DNA of 64,000 bases from an uncultured delta proteobacterium (GCA_963752595.1 CAVVYZ010000005.1:314751-378750), one strand, 5' to 3'. Shown: positions 41,237 to 52,702, counted from the stretch's first letter. The notes: generated from the letters alone by a model not told the origin. Made by a program: numbers and translations.

Positions 41237-43873
41237 TATCCTTCAAGCAGCTCGTGGGCCTTGAGCAGTTTCCCCAGCTTGAGTTCGAGCTCGCCTTTGA
41301 TCCTCATCTGTTCTTCAACGACTTCCGGGTTCGCTTTCTCAAGGAAATCCTTATTGGAGAGCTTTTTGCGTTTCCCTTCCAGTTCTTTTTCCAGTTTTGC
41401 TATCTGCTTATCGAGGCGGTCTTTCTCCTTATCGATGTCGATCACGCCTTCCAATGGAACATAAACTTCAGCCTCTCCGGTAACTGCCAGCGCACAGTGT
41501 TTCGGCCGGGGAGCCCCTTCGGGGATGAGCCCGATCGATTTTACCCGGGCCAGATCCCTGATGAAGAAACCGTACTCGCTTACCGCCTCCTCGATCTCCT
41601 TTGATTTCATCCGCAAGACGATATCGAGCTGGGTCGAAGGCGGGATGTTCGTTTCTCCGCGGATACTCCTCACCCCTGAGATTATATCTATGATGTATCC
41701 CATCTTCCGGGCCTTTTCCGGGAAATTCAATTCACTATCCTCTTTCGGGTACCGGGCTATTACGATCGACTTTTCGGACGATCCGGGCAGATCCTGCCAG
41801 ATCTCTTCGGTTACAAAGGGGATCATCGGGTGGAGCAGCTCGAGAATGGATCTGTAGACATGACAGAGGGTCCATTTTGTGTAGGATGCAGCTTCCGTGT
41901 TCAAAAGCGGCTTTGAGAGCTCGATATACCAGTCGCAGAACGTGTGCCAGGTAAACTGATAGAGACTGTCGGCAGCATCGTTAAAGCGATACTCTTCCAG
42001 GGCGCTCCTCGTAGACCGTATAGCCTTATTGAGCTCGGTGAGGATCCAAGCATCTGCTAGGCTTAAGCTATCGGCATCCACGGGAACGCTCCGGGGGTCG
42101 AATCCCTCGATATTGCTCAGAACGAATTTCCCGGCGTTCCAGATCTTGTTGATAAAGAAGCGGTAGCCCTGTATCCGTTTGTCGCTGATCCTCACGTCCC
42201 TGCCCATGGCGGCAAAGGCTGCCAGGGCAAAACGGAAGGCATCCGCTCCGTACTTGTCCATCTCGACAATGGGATCGACGATATTACCCTTTGATTTGCT
42301 CATCTTCTGGCCCTGTTCATCCCGGACCAGCGCATGGAGATATACATCATGGAATGGGACATCGTGCATGAACTTGATTCCCATCATCATCATCCTGGCA
42401 ACCCAGAAGAAAAGAATATCAAAACCGGTGATAAGCACATTCGTAGGGTAAAACTTCCGGAGCGCCTTGGTGTCTTCCGGCCATCCCATAGTCGAGAACG
42501 GCCACAGCCCGGACGAGAACCAGGTGTCGAGAACATCGGTTTCCTGCCTGATGTTCCCCGACTTGCACTTTGAACATGCCGTTGGATTTTCTTCGCTGAC
42601 GATGATCTCTCCGCATTCTTCGCAGTACCATGCCGGAATGCGGTGGCCCCACCAGATCTGCCGGGAGATGCACCAGTCACGGATGTTGTTCATCCATTCA
42701 TAGTAAGTCTTTTCCCACTGCTTGGGTATAATCCTTGTCTTGCCTTCTTTCACTGCCTCGATAGCCTCTTGTGCAAGGGGCTTTGCCTTCACGAACCATT
42801 GCTTTGAGAGATAGGGCTCGATCGTGGTCTTGCAGCGGTAACATTTCCCGACAGGGACCTTATACGGCGTTTTGTCAATGAGATAGCCCTGATCCTGAAG
42901 ATCCTGTTCGAGCCTCTTCCTGCATTCAAAACGGTCCATTCCCTTATATGGTCCTGCGTTCTCATTCATGACCCCGGATTCATCCATGATCACGATGACT
43001 TCCAGACCATGTCTCAGGCTCATTTCATAGTCGTTGAGATCGTGGGCAGGTGTTACCTTTACTGCACCGGTGCCGAAATCCATATCCACGAAAGGATCGG
43101 CAATTATCGGGATGCTCCTGTGAATGATCGGGAGCACGACATGCTTACCGATCAGGGCGGTGTATCTCTGGTCTTTCGGATTGACCGCGACAGCAGGTAT
43201 CACCGAGCATGGTCTCCGGCCTGGTAGTGGCAACCACCACCTCGCCGTTTCCTTCAGCAAGGGGATATCTGATATGCCAGAGGAATCCTTCCTCTTCTTC
43301 ATGTTCCACTTCCAGATCCGACAGGGCGCTGTGGCATCTGGGGCACCAGTTCACGATGTAGTCGCTCCGGTAGATCAGACCTTCCTGATAAAGGGTAACA
43401 AACACCTTGCGCACTGCATTCGAGAGCCCCTCATCCATGGTAAATCTGATCCTGTCCCAGTCACATGATGCCCCCAAGCGCTTGAGCTGATTGATAATGA
43501 GGCCTCCGTGCTTTTCTTTCCACCTCCACACCTCTTCGATGAAAGCCTCTCGCCCGAGATCATGTCGGGACAGACCTTTGGCAGCCAGGTCCTTCTCGAC
43601 CACATTCTGTGTCGCGATACCCGCATGGTCGGTCCCCGGCATCCACAAGGCATCGAAGCCGTCCATTCGCTTGTAGCGAATCATAATATCCTGCAGGGTA
43701 TTATTCAATGCATGGCCCATGTGAAGGACTCCGGTTACATTCGGCGGAGGAATCACAATCGAATAGGGAGGCCTGTTGTTATCGTTCTCGTCGGCGTGAA
43801 AATATCTTTTCTCGAGCCAGAGCTCGTACCACTTCTGCTCGATGTCTTTGGGGTCGTACTCTCTATCCAGCAT
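41236..43873 (-). CDS. valS: Valine-tRNA ligase, one extra base near 43197
   Basis: [29 protein letters not shown]; removing one C restores [17 protein letters not shown]. Confidence 0.95.
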
Positions 43874-44064
43874 CTGATTCTCCTCACTAATATGCTTCTG
43901 GTTTCATAGCATGAAAACTCCGGGAAGGCAAAACATCGGTAGGTAAGGAAGAAACAGGCTGTTGATTTACAGTCAGGGTTTTTACAGGCATGGGGAGTGG
44001 TTCTTTTCATTTTCTGTACGAAATATGCTGCAAGGACTTCCTGCACCTTCAGAAAAAAGTTTCA

Positions 44065-44096
44065 CGGGAGGAGCGCCCTTCGAGAGCGCCCTCCCG
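44065..44096 (-). terminator. Hairpin terminator downstream of the acidic scaffold gene
   Basis: CGGGAGG-AGCGC...GCGC-CCTCCCG with an A6 run at 44053-44058 (U-tract on the minus strand). Confidence 0.6.
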
Positions 44097-44113
44097 GCAT
44101 GATGCATATTCTG

Positions 44114-44945
44114 TCAATCAAGCTTCTTGAGCTTATCGATTTCTTCCCGGATCACCTTCTCGACAATACCCGGAAGCTGTTCCCGTGTAGCTGCAATTAT
44201 CTCTCTGACAAGTTCGGATATGAGCGGTGTTACCACAGCTTCAACCATACCGGGTATCTCCTGCTTCAAATCGCCAAGGTCTTCTCCGGTTATCCGGGAA
44301 GGAGCCGCATCCTGGAACGGATCGGTCTCTAGAGCCATATCCATCCCCATGCTCCTTTTCGCCCCGGCTGATGCCGGCTTCGGATCTTCCGGTATTACCT
44401 CTTCACCATCAAGGGCCCCGAGATCCTCCCTCACCGGGTCAGGTTCGGTTATCTGCTCTTCGCGCTTACTTTCGGTTCCTTCTTCAAGATTGAGATCTAA
44501 CTCTTTCTCAACATTTTCTTCAGCTGCAGCATACACATCTTTCTGTTTCTTACCAGGGAACGGATCGGACTCGCTTGATGGAATCATATCTTCTTCAAGG
44601 ATCTTTTTAGCGGCTTCGTCCAGATCAAGTCCTGATTCCCCGGCCGTATCTTCCGTCATCACGGCGGCTTCTTCGGTTTCCTTTTCCTCCGTAAGAGCTA
44701 TTTCCTCATTGGGGGAGAGGCTTGCATCTATATCAACGGTTTCTCCCCCATGCTCAATCTCCTCTACAGAGACATCGTACTCCATGGAGATTTCCTTGCC
44801 CAGGTCAAAGGAATCCGGTTCATTTGCCTGTTGCCGCGGGCCGGCCGCCCTCTTTCTTTCCCTTGCTCTTTTTCGAGGTGTCTCCCTCTTCCAGCAGGTC
44901 CGTAAGATCAATAATATCATCGTCATCAAGCATCTTATCTGCCAT
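44114..44945 (-). CDS. Acidic, largely disordered protein with RomR/PopZ-like C-terminal helix; frameshift near 44825
   Basis: ATG at 44945 after AAGGAG gives MADKMLDDDDIIDLTDLLEEG; the C-term reads LPGIVEKVIREEIDKLKKLD. Confidence 0.65.
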
Positions 44946-44989
44946 ATCCATCTCCTTTTCTCTCCCCTTTAAGGAATAGCATTCATTCC

Positions 44990-46306
44990 TTAATTCTTCA
45001 TAATCGGTTGCCCGGTTGACTCTTTTACCGACATCCAGAGGCTCCCGTTTATATCGATTTTCTTTCTCTCTCCCACACTCAAGGCTATGGGAATATGGAC
45101 ATATTCATTGTTCCATAATCCGATGAGCATATCAGTCTTCCCGCTCATACCGGCATGGACTGCCATCTGGGCGAGGAATCCGCAGAAAATGGAGTCGGCG
45201 GCATTCGCCACGACGCTCCGTATCACATAGCTCGGATCAATATACTTCAAGTTGACGGGAATGGACTGTGAATAAAAATAATGCTCTATCCTTTCCTTGA
45301 GCAGCAGCCCGATGTCACCCTTCTTCACATTCCCGGATGGGTCCATCTGCTTGGGGAGGTCCTGGAAAAATTTCTGACCCGCCCCTTCTGCGGCTACGAT
45401 CACTGCATGCCCCCTGAGTTTAAGCCTTCGTTCAAGAGTTGCAAGAAGCCCATTTTCCCCCTCGAGATCAAAATCCTCTTCGGGTACGAGTACAAAATTT
45501 GCATCCCTGCATGCAAGGGCAGCATTTGCAGCGATAAAGCCCGAATCCCTTCCCATGAGCTTAACGAGTCCTATGCCGTAAGGCGCCCCCTTTGATTCTG
45601 CATGGGCGCACTGGATGACCTTTCTGGCCTCTTCCACGGCTGTATCAAAGCCGAAGGTCTTGGAGACGAAATTGATATCGTTGTCTATGGTTTTGGGAAT
45701 CGCTATTACCGAACATCGATATCCTCTGGAGAGGACCTCGTTGGCAACGCACGAGGCTGCCTTCATGGTTCCGTCCCCACCGATAAAGAACATGATGTTT
45801 ATGTTCGACCGCTCGATTGCATCAACTATCCGGCCGATATCCTGGGATCCACGGGATGAACCCAGGATCGTACCCCCCAGCTCGTGGATATTTTCCACAT
45901 ATGAGGGGGTAAGCTCGATAAATGAGTGACGATAGCTCGGAATAAATCCCTGGAGTCCATAGGGAATCCCATAAACATTCCCGACCCCGTACATGTAGTA
46001 AAGCTCAAGGACGATCCCCCGTATCACATCGTTTATTCCGGGGCACAATCCTCCGCAGGTAACAATACCGCACTTGGTTTTGGAAGGATCGAAAAAGATC
46101 TTGTTCCTGGGGCCGGCGAGCTCCAATGAAGGGATCTCCTTGTTATCCTGTAGGTAACGGTCAAGGGCGCTCCGTGAGGAATCGATGAGTATCCTCTCAG
46201 AATCATCCATACATTTAGTCGTTACCAGGAGCGGGGAATCTATTGTCGGGATGCCCACCAACGGCACGATGGTATTGATTCCCTCTCCTTCAGTTTCTCC
46301 ATTCAT
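44990..46306 (-). CDS. pfkA: ATP-dependent 6-phosphofructokinase (group X type)
   Basis: TCGGLCPG, GGTILGSSRG, IGGDGT, PKTIDND, LMGRDSG, YIDPSY. Confidence 0.9.
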   Translation of the reverse strand: MNGETEGEGINTIVPLVGIPTIDSPLLVTTKCMDDSERILIDSSRSALDRYLQDNKEIPSLELAGPRNKIFFDPSKTKCGIVTCGGLCPGINDVIRGIVLELYYMYGVGNVYGIPYGLQGFIPSYRHSFIELTPSYVENIHELGGTILGSSRGSQDIGRIVDAIERSNINIMFFIGGDGTMKAASCVANEVLSRGYRCSVIAIPKTIDNDINFVSKTFGFDTAVEEARKVIQCAHAESKGAPYGIGLVKLMGRDSGFIAANAALACRDANFVLVPEEDFDLEGENGLLATLERRLKLRGHAVIVAAEGAGQKFFQDLPKQMDPSGNVKKGDIGLLLKERIEHYFYSQSIPVNLKYIDPSYVIRSVVANAADSIFCGFLAQMAVHAGMSGKTDMLIGLWNNEYVHIPIALSVGERKKIDINGSLWMSVKESTGQPIMKN

Positions 46307-46550
46307 GGAACAGCCTCCAATATGCAAGTATATCGGTTTTTTGTTACCCCATCTTTATTACTCCCTGACCTATTCATCAAGGCCGAATTGTCTTTATCTG
46401 CATATTTCACAAGGTACATTATACAAAAACCATTTGTTCTCGGAAAGGCAGATTTTCTCTATCAGCATTTTGATGGAATATTGTATGATTCCTGATGCCT
46501 TGTACTGAATCTTTTCACCCTTACCCTTCTATGCTATAGGCCTTTTCGAT

Positions 46551-46871
46551 ATGGGAAAAGACAGCGTTGAAAAAACACAAGAAGAACTCGTCGAAGAAAT
46601 GGCCAAGGCTCTGGGCCATTCCGGATATCTGCTTGAGAATGTCCTGGAGAAGATGGCCGATCTGGAAAAGAAAATGGACGGCATCGAGGATACGGAAAGA
46701 TATAATATTCTGGTGGATGAGTTCAACGCACTGAGAAAAGAGGCCGTTATGAGAAGGGATATGCTCATGATCCACCGGGAAGCCATCGGTATCCGCAAAA
46801 ACAGATATCTGGATGCGTATTATCCGATACCGCCTAAAAAGAAGATGAAAAAAGCCCATGAGAACGACTGA
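46551..46871 (+). CDS. Hypothetical helical protein
   Basis: 106-aa ORF (IHREAIG...YPIP) overlapping the lpd start. Confidence 0.65.
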   Translation: MGKDSVEKTQEELVEEMAKALGHSGYLLENVLEKMADLEKKMDGIEDTERYNILVDEFNALRKEAVMRRDMLMIHREAIGIRKNRYLDAYYPIPPKKKMKKAHEND

Positions 46872-48222
46872 TTTCTATGATGTATTTATTATCGGCGCAG
46901 GACCGGGCGGCTATACCGCTGCCATACTCTCTGCCAAGAAAGGCCTGCGCGTGGGCATCGCCGAGGGGTCGCGCTTGGGAGGAACCTGTACGAATACCGG
47001 ATGCATACCCGCCAAAACCTATATCGAAAGTGTAAACCTCCTCGCCAAGATAAAGGGTGCAGCGAAATTCGCGATCGAAACCGGGAGCCCGAGGCTCGAT
47101 TTTACCAAATTGAAGACAAGGAAAGACAGGATCGTCACCCGGCTTTCAAAAGGAATCGAATACCTCCTGAAGCAGCATGGTGTTGATGTCTTTCCAGCCT
47201 CAGCCTCAATTCCGGGACCCGGCTTGATCAAGGTCGGAGATACCCTGATAAAAACACGGAATACGGTCTTTGCCACAGGCGCCCGACCGAAAAGGCTGCC
47301 GCTTCTGGAATCGTGCGATGTCTGGACGAGCAACGAGATATTCGATATTACATCCCTTCCGGATTCCCTTGCAATCATAGGCGGCGGCGTGATCGGAATG
47401 GAGATGGCTCATATCTTCAGCTCGCTGGATGTGAAGGTGACGGTCATCGAGGCTCTGGACAGGGTCCTCCCACTGGAAGACAAGCATGTCTCGGACTATA
47501 TCGCCAAGACTTTCCGAAAGGTCGAGCTCCTCACCTCTGCCAGGATCACCCACGTTGAAGGGCATGAAGATAGAAAGATCTTCGTCGATACGCCCGCAGG
47601 TCAGAAAATACTTGATGCGAAGAAAATCCTTCTTTGTATCGGAAGGCAGCCCGTGCTCCCTGCCGGCAGCGATGAAATCGGGCTGGCACGTACACTCTCA
47701 GGAGGGATCTGGGTCGATGAGTACATGCAGTGTTCTGTCCCCGGCATCTATGCCGTCGGAGACGTGACCGGAGATCGTATGTATGCCTATGTTGCGTCCA
47801 GGGAGGCAGCCGTTGCAGTGGATCACATAACCGGCGGATCGAAAAAGATATCATACCGCAACATTCCGTCGATCATCTTTACGGATCCCGAAGTGGCATC
47901 CGTGGGTGACGCGACTGCCGGTGATTATGCCGGAAAGGAATTGACCGGCACATTTCCCGTTTCGGCCCTCGGCAGGGCCCGGACCATGGAGGCGCAAGAC
48001 GGTTATGCCCATGTGATGTCCAGTCCGGACGGAAAAATGGAGAGGATAAGCATTATTGCCCCGCATGCCACGGAACTGATCCCCTGGGCTGCGCTTGCTA
48101 TTGATCAGGGTTTAAGCATTGGTGAGTTTCTCGATTCCTACTGCCCCCACCCTGTTCTCGCAGAGCTGCTCAAAGAGGCGGCAGAAGAAAGTATAGGCGT
48201 GAGCGTCCACAACGTTTCATGA
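46858..48222 (+). CDS. lpdA: Dihydrolipoamide dehydrogenase family protein
   Basis: IGAGPGGY, GGTCTNTGCIP, GGGVIGME, YAVGD, HPVLAE. Confidence 0.85.
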   Translation: MRTTDFYDVFIIGAGPGGYTAAILSAKKGLRVGIAEGSRLGGTCTNTGCIPAKTYIESVNLLAKIKGAAKFAIETGSPRLDFTKLKTRKDRIVTRLSKGIEYLLKQHGVDVFPASASIPGPGLIKVGDTLIKTRNTVFATGARPKRLPLLESCDVWTSNEIFDITSLPDSLAIIGGGVIGMEMAHIFSSLDVKVTVIEALDRVLPLEDKHVSDYIAKTFRKVELLTSARITHVEGHEDRKIFVDTPAGQKILDAKKILLCIGRQPVLPAGSDEIGLARTLSGGIWVDEYMQCSVPGIYAVGDVTGDRMYAYVASREAAVAVDHITGGSKKISYRNIPSIIFTDPEVASVGDATAGDYAGKELTGTFPVSALGRARTMEAQDGYAHVMSSPDGKMERISIIAPHATELIPWAALAIDQGLSIGEFLDSYCPHPVLAELLKEAAEESIGVSVHNVS

Positions 48223-48308
48223 TCAGGCTATTCCTTGCAGCGAGATAGATGCCTGCTTGACACATCTGACGAAAAATTGGTAAGCGTTTGCCACCAGGAG
48301 AGATAATA

Positions 48309-48689
48309 ATGGGTGATCTTTTAGACTTTGAAAAACAGGGAGGGCTGGTTCCGGCCATCGCACAGGATTGGGAAACCGGAGAGGTCCTCATGCTCGCATA
48401 TATGAACCGTGAAGCTTTCGAAGAGACTGTCCGCACCGGCAAAGCGTGCTACTTCAGCAGGTCGAGGAGCAAGCTGTGGAGAAAAGGCGAAGAGTCGGGG
48501 AATGTCCAGATGATAAAGGAAATCCGGATAGACTGCGACTCGGATACCGTTGTTCTCAAGATAGAACAGATGGGCGGAGCTGCCTGCCATACGGGCTACC
48601 GTTCATGCTTCTTCAGAAAGATCCAGGATGGTGCAATTGTTGAAGACGGGGTTAAGGTATTCGATCCCAAAGAGGTATATAAATCATGA
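48309..48689 (+). CDS. hisI: Phosphoribosyl-AMP cyclohydrolase
   Basis: [24 protein letters not shown]. Confidence 0.95.
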   Translation: MGDLLDFEKQGGLVPAIAQDWETGEVLMLAYMNREAFEETVRTGKACYFSRSRSKLWRKGEESGNVQMIKEIRIDCDSDTVVLKIEQMGGAACHTGYRSCFFRKIQDGAIVEDGVKVFDPKEVYKS

Positions 48690-49564
48690 GCCTGATACGA
48701 CTTGCCATTCCCAAGGGCAGCCTCCAGCAGTCTACGATTGATCTGTTCAAGGACGCCGGCTGGGCAATAAAGATGTCTTCCCGGAGCTACTTCCCGTCAA
48801 TTGATGATCCCGATATCGAATGCGCTCTGGTGAGAGCCCAGGAGATATCGCGTTACGTTGAATCCGGCCTGTTCGATACGGCGCTCACCGGGAAAGACTG
48901 GATCCTGGAAAACTCATCCGATGTCGTCGAGGTGGAAGACCTCATCTATTCGAAGGCAACATACCGCCCTGCCAGATGGGTTCTGGCAGTTGATGAGAAA
49001 TCTGATATTCACAAACTGGAAGATCTCCAGGGGAAAAAGATCGCAACCGAGCTGGTTAACTTTACGAAGAGATACTTCGAAGAGCGTAACATCTCCGTCG
49101 AGGTGGAGTTCTCCTGGGGTGCGACAGAGGCCAAAGTAGTGGACGGGCTGGCAGATGCAATCGTAGAGGTGACCGAGACCGGCTCCACGATAAGGGCGCA
49201 CAACCTCAAGATCATCGATGAATTGCTCGTCACCAATACGAAGCTCATAGCCAATAAGAAATCCTGGAAGGACGAAAAAAAGCGAACCAAGATCGAGCAG
49301 ATAGCCCTGATGCTCAAATCCGCATTGCAGGCAACAGGGATGGCAGGATTGAAGATGAATGCACCAAAAGACAAGCTGGACAAGATCATATCCATGCTGC
49401 CTGCCTTAACCTCTCCCACGGTCTGCCCGCTCCACGATTCAAACTGGTATTCGCTGGAGATCATCATCCACGAGTCTCAGTCCAGAAATCTCATCCCTGA
49501 GCTTCTCAGGGCAGGTGCACGCGGGATCATCGAGTATCCCCTCAAAAAGGTTCTGAATGGATGA
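48686..49564 (+). CDS. hisG: ATP phosphoribosyltransferase, long form
   Basis: [29 protein letters not shown]-terminal regulatory domain. Confidence 0.95.
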   Translation: MSLIRLAIPKGSLQQSTIDLFKDAGWAIKMSSRSYFPSIDDPDIECALVRAQEISRYVESGLFDTALTGKDWILENSSDVVEVEDLIYSKATYRPARWVLAVDEKSDIHKLEDLQGKKIATELVNFTKRYFEERNISVEVEFSWGATEAKVVDGLADAIVEVTETGSTIRAHNLKIIDELLVTNTKLIANKKSWKDEKKRTKIEQIALMLKSALQATGMAGLKMNAPKDKLDKIISMLPALTSPTVCPLHDSNWYSLEIIIHESQSRNLIPELLRAGARGIIEYPLKKVLNG

Positions 49565-50307
49565 TTATCATTAAAAACGAGCAGGAAATTGCTATAATGC
49601 GGGAAAGCAACCGCATCCTGGCGCACCTGTTTGATCACATCCGAAATATGATCCAACCCGGCATAACGACCCTGGAGCTGGATCAGGAAGCAGAAGCGTT
49701 CATCCGCTCTCACGGGGCGATGCCTGCTTTCAAGGGTTATCGAGGCTTTCCCTCGACGCTGTGCACTTCGGTAAACGATGAGGTGGTTCACGGCATTCCC
49801 AGCCCGAATGTGCTCCGGGAGGGCGATATCATCAGCATCGATGTGGGAGCCCTCCATGAAGGGTTCTACTCGGATGCCGCACGGACCTTTCCTGTAGGAA
49901 ACATCTCCAAGCAAGCCCGGAATCTCATCGATGTCACGAGGAAATCCCTGGAAGCAGGCATCTCCCAGGCTGTACCGGGAAACAGGGTTTCGGATATATC
50001 TGCAGCAGTCCAGAAGGTTGTCGAGTCTGCGGGGTTCAGTGTCGTGAGAGACTTCGTGGGCCATGGCGTCGGCAAAAGCCTGCATGAAGGACCGCAGATC
50101 GCCAATTTCGGGAAGCGCGGAAAAGGACCGGTGATACAGGAGGGCATGACCTTTGCCATCGAACCCATGGTAAATCAGGGATCGTGGAGGGTCAAGATAG
50201 AGGGCGACGGATGGACGGTGGTAACTGCCGACGGTTCACTATCAGCCCATTTCGAAGACAGTATCGCCGTTACGAAGAATGGCCCGATCGTCCTGTCGGC
50301 GCCGTGA
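49561..50307 (+). CDS. map: Methionine aminopeptidase type I
   Basis: SVNDEVVHGIP, DVG, GHGVG..LHE, AIEPM, SAHFE. Confidence 0.95.
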   Translation: MIIIKNEQEIAIMRESNRILAHLFDHIRNMIQPGITTLELDQEAEAFIRSHGAMPAFKGYRGFPSTLCTSVNDEVVHGIPSPNVLREGDIISIDVGALHEGFYSDAARTFPVGNISKQARNLIDVTRKSLEAGISQAVPGNRVSDISAAVQKVVESAGFSVVRDFVGHGVGKSLHEGPQIANFGKRGKGPVIQEGMTFAIEPMVNQGSWRVKIEGDGWTVVTADGSLSAHFEDSIAVTKNGPIVLSAP

Positions 50308-50377
50308 GATGTGAGAGATTATCTCCGATGGCAGGCCTTGATCGGTTTTTGTTAAGCCGGATGAATCCAAATCCTGA

Positions 50378-51733
50378 CTACTGGGAGCCTCGGGCCTTGA
50401 TTGCTACCTTGATGGTCTGAAAGATGATAACCAGATCCAGCCAGAGTGACCGGTGCTTCATGTAGAACAGCTCGTATTTGAGTTTTTCCCGGGCGTCTTC
50501 AATAGTATCGCCATAAGGATAATTGACCTGTGCCCATCCGGTGATTCCGGGCTTTGCATGCAGCCTCAGGGCATAGTAGGGGATCACCTTTTCGAGCTGA
50601 TCGACGAAGTATCTCCGTTCAGGTCTCGGGCCTACAAAGCTCATATCGTTCTTGAGGACATTGAGAAATTGCGGGAGTTCGTCAATCCTCAGCTTCCTGA
50701 TGACCCTGCCGACCCGCGTCACCCTCGGGTCGTTCTGTGATGCCCACTGCGGTCCCTTTTTCTCGGCATCCTGCCGCATGGACCTGAATTTGATCACGCC
50801 GAAGTCCTTGCCGTCCAGGCCAACCCGCTGCTGGAAATAAAAGATAGGCCCTGGGGAATCCAGGCGGATTGCAAGTGCGGTAAGAATCATGATCGGAGAC
50901 GTCACCACGATGCCGATCAGGGCAAAAAAGATATCAAACCCCCTTTTCACTGCATCCTGGAGCGGAGAACTTAAAAATCCGCGGGTAAAGATGATCGAAC
51001 TCGGCCGGATCTCTTCCACGAGAATCCTTCCGGTTATTCTTTCATAAAAATTCGGGGCATCGATCACGTCGCACGAAGTGAGCTTGATATGCAGGAGATC
51101 ATCGATGGGCAGCGTCCCTCTCCACCCATCCGGGGCTACGACCAGAAGGTCTGGCTCTACCTCTTTGATAACCCGGTGGAGGTCGGATACGTCTCCCAGG
51201 CATCTCGAAGGGAGATCCCAGTTGTTCCTCCCGATATATCCCTCGAAGATAACGGGATACCCGCCGGCACGCATTTCCCTGAAGAGGAATTTTGCATTGT
51301 CCCCGTCGCCGAGCATCACGATTCTGGTCCCGTTGCTGTCATTGAACCTGAACTTCAGATATCCTGCCCTGATTATGAACGAAACCGACAAAGCAATGAA
51401 CAGAGCACCAAGGAGTACATCCCGTTCAAGGCCTATAGTGGGGATAAGGTAATAAATGAGCGCAAGGACGATCAGCGCAAGCCCTCCGCCAAGGAGTATG
51501 GACGAAGTGAGCTCAGATATCCTTTTCCAATATTTCCAGTTATAAAGATCCTGGAAGTAGAAGCAGAAAATGCCTGTTATGGAGAAAATGCTCGCCTTTA
51601 GCCAGAGCACTTCATCGGGAAGGCTCACCCCGGGCAGCAGCCTCTGCATGTATTTGGCAAAAAAGACAGCGCCTGCAGCTACCGCCAGGTCAAGTACGAA
51701 CAATAATACTGCTGAATAAACACTCCTCGTCAT
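50378..51733 (-). CDS. Polyprenyl glycosylphosphotransferase (TIGR03013-like, EPS/PEP-CTERM associated)
   Basis: N-terminal TMs, KRGFDI, KFRSM, DPRVTRVG, RIDELPQ, VGPRPER, PGITGWAQV. Confidence 0.88.
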   Translation of the reverse strand: MTRSVYSAVLLFVLDLAVAAGAVFFAKYMQRLLPGVSLPDEVLWLKASIFSITGIFCFYFQDLYNWKYWKRISELTSSILLGGGLALIVLALIYYLIPTIGLERDVLLGALFIALSVSFIIRAGYLKFRFNDSNGTRIVMLGDGDNAKFLFREMRAGGYPVIFEGYIGRNNWDLPSRCLGDVSDLHRVIKEVEPDLLVVAPDGWRGTLPIDDLLHIKLTSCDVIDAPNFYERITGRILVEEIRPSSIIFTRGFLSSPLQDAVKRGFDIFFALIGIVVTSPIMILTALAIRLDSPGPIFYFQQRVGLDGKDFGVIKFRSMRQDAEKKGPQWASQNDPRVTRVGRVIRKLRIDELPQFLNVLKNDMSFVGPRPERRYFVDQLEKVIPYYALRLHAKPGITGWAQVNYPYGDTIEDAREKLKYELFYMKHRSLWLDLVIIFQTIKVAIKARGSQ

Positions 51734-51801
51734 TGTTCCTTACATCGTCAGATAAGACTTCGAAGTTTAAGATAATATTAGCCCTTTGTTGCCCTGATCC
51801 C

Positions 51802-52491
51802 TTACTCATCCCTTCCCAGGAGCCCCGCCCTCATCAGAAAATACAGGAGCTGGAGGATAGCCGCCGTTGCAGCAGCAACATAGGTAAGAGCTGCTGCTGA
51901 AAGGACCTTGCGCGCGCCTTTCACTTCATCTTCGGAGAGAATCCCTGTTGCCGGAAGCGCCATGAGAGCCCGTGACGAGGCATTGAATTCCACGGGAAGG
52001 GTAACTACCTGAAACAAAACAGCAAGGCTGAAGAAAATAATCCCTGCCAATATGAGGGATTGGGACATGAATATGAATCCGATCATGAGTAAAGGCCATG
52101 CGAGATTCGATCCCAGTGAAGATATGGGCACCAGAGCGCTTCTCATCCTGAGCGGAGCGTACCCTTGAGCGTGCTGTATCGCATGACCGGCTTCATGGGC
52201 AGCAACGCCTACGCTGGCGATCGAATTACCTGCATACACGGATTCGGATAACCTGAGCACCCGGGAACGCGGATCATAATGATCGGAGAGAAACCCTCTG
52301 GTAAGCTCGATATCCACGTCTCCAATCCCTGAGGCTCTCAAGATCTCCCGGGCGGCCAGGGCACCTGTAACTCCTCTGAAAGTCGGCACCTTGGAAAATC
52401 TGGAATACGTGGATTTGACTTTTATCTGCGCATAGATACTCAAGAGCAGTGCAGGTATAATCATGATGAAATATAAAGGATCGAATATCAT
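51802..52491 (-). CDS. Neutral zinc metallopeptidase (YugP-like)
   Basis: LSDHYDP, AAHEAGHA.QH, TLPVEFNAS.RA, AAALTYVAA. Confidence 0.9.
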   Translation of the reverse strand: MIFDPLYFIMIIPALLLSIYAQIKVKSTYSRFSKVPTFRGVTGALAAREILRASGIGDVDIELTRGFLSDHYDPRSRVLRLSESVYAGNSIASVGVAAHEAGHAIQHAQGYAPLRMRSALVPISSLGSNLAWPLLMIGFIFMSQSLILAGIIFFSLAVLFQVVTLPVEFNASSRALMALPATGILSEDEVKGARKVLSAAALTYVAAATAAILQLLYFLMRAGLLGRDE

Positions 52492-52702
52492 GTTTCTTCC
52501 GCCTTTCTATTAGTATGATAGATAGTATCTTCATAGAGAGAAGTCAAGAAAAGCAGTATCTGCCGGGGATTCAGGATGATCTACCTTCCGAGCTTGAAGA
52601 GAGGAAGAAAGGGATACTTCACCCAATTGTCTCAGAGTATATTCCTTTCCCTTTGGCTTGATGTATGGTACTTTTTATGGAGTTACATAAATTGGAGGTT
52701 GT

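Noticed and set aside
43190-43205. Programmed frameshift or split valS
   Set aside because: No slippery sequence; one extra C breaks the invariant GDTAVAV motif, and similar indels occur nearby. Error is more parsimonious.
43874-44060. T-box riboswitch in the valS leader
   Set aside because: No GGTGGNACCGCG T-box sequence or specifier stem recognisable on the minus strand.
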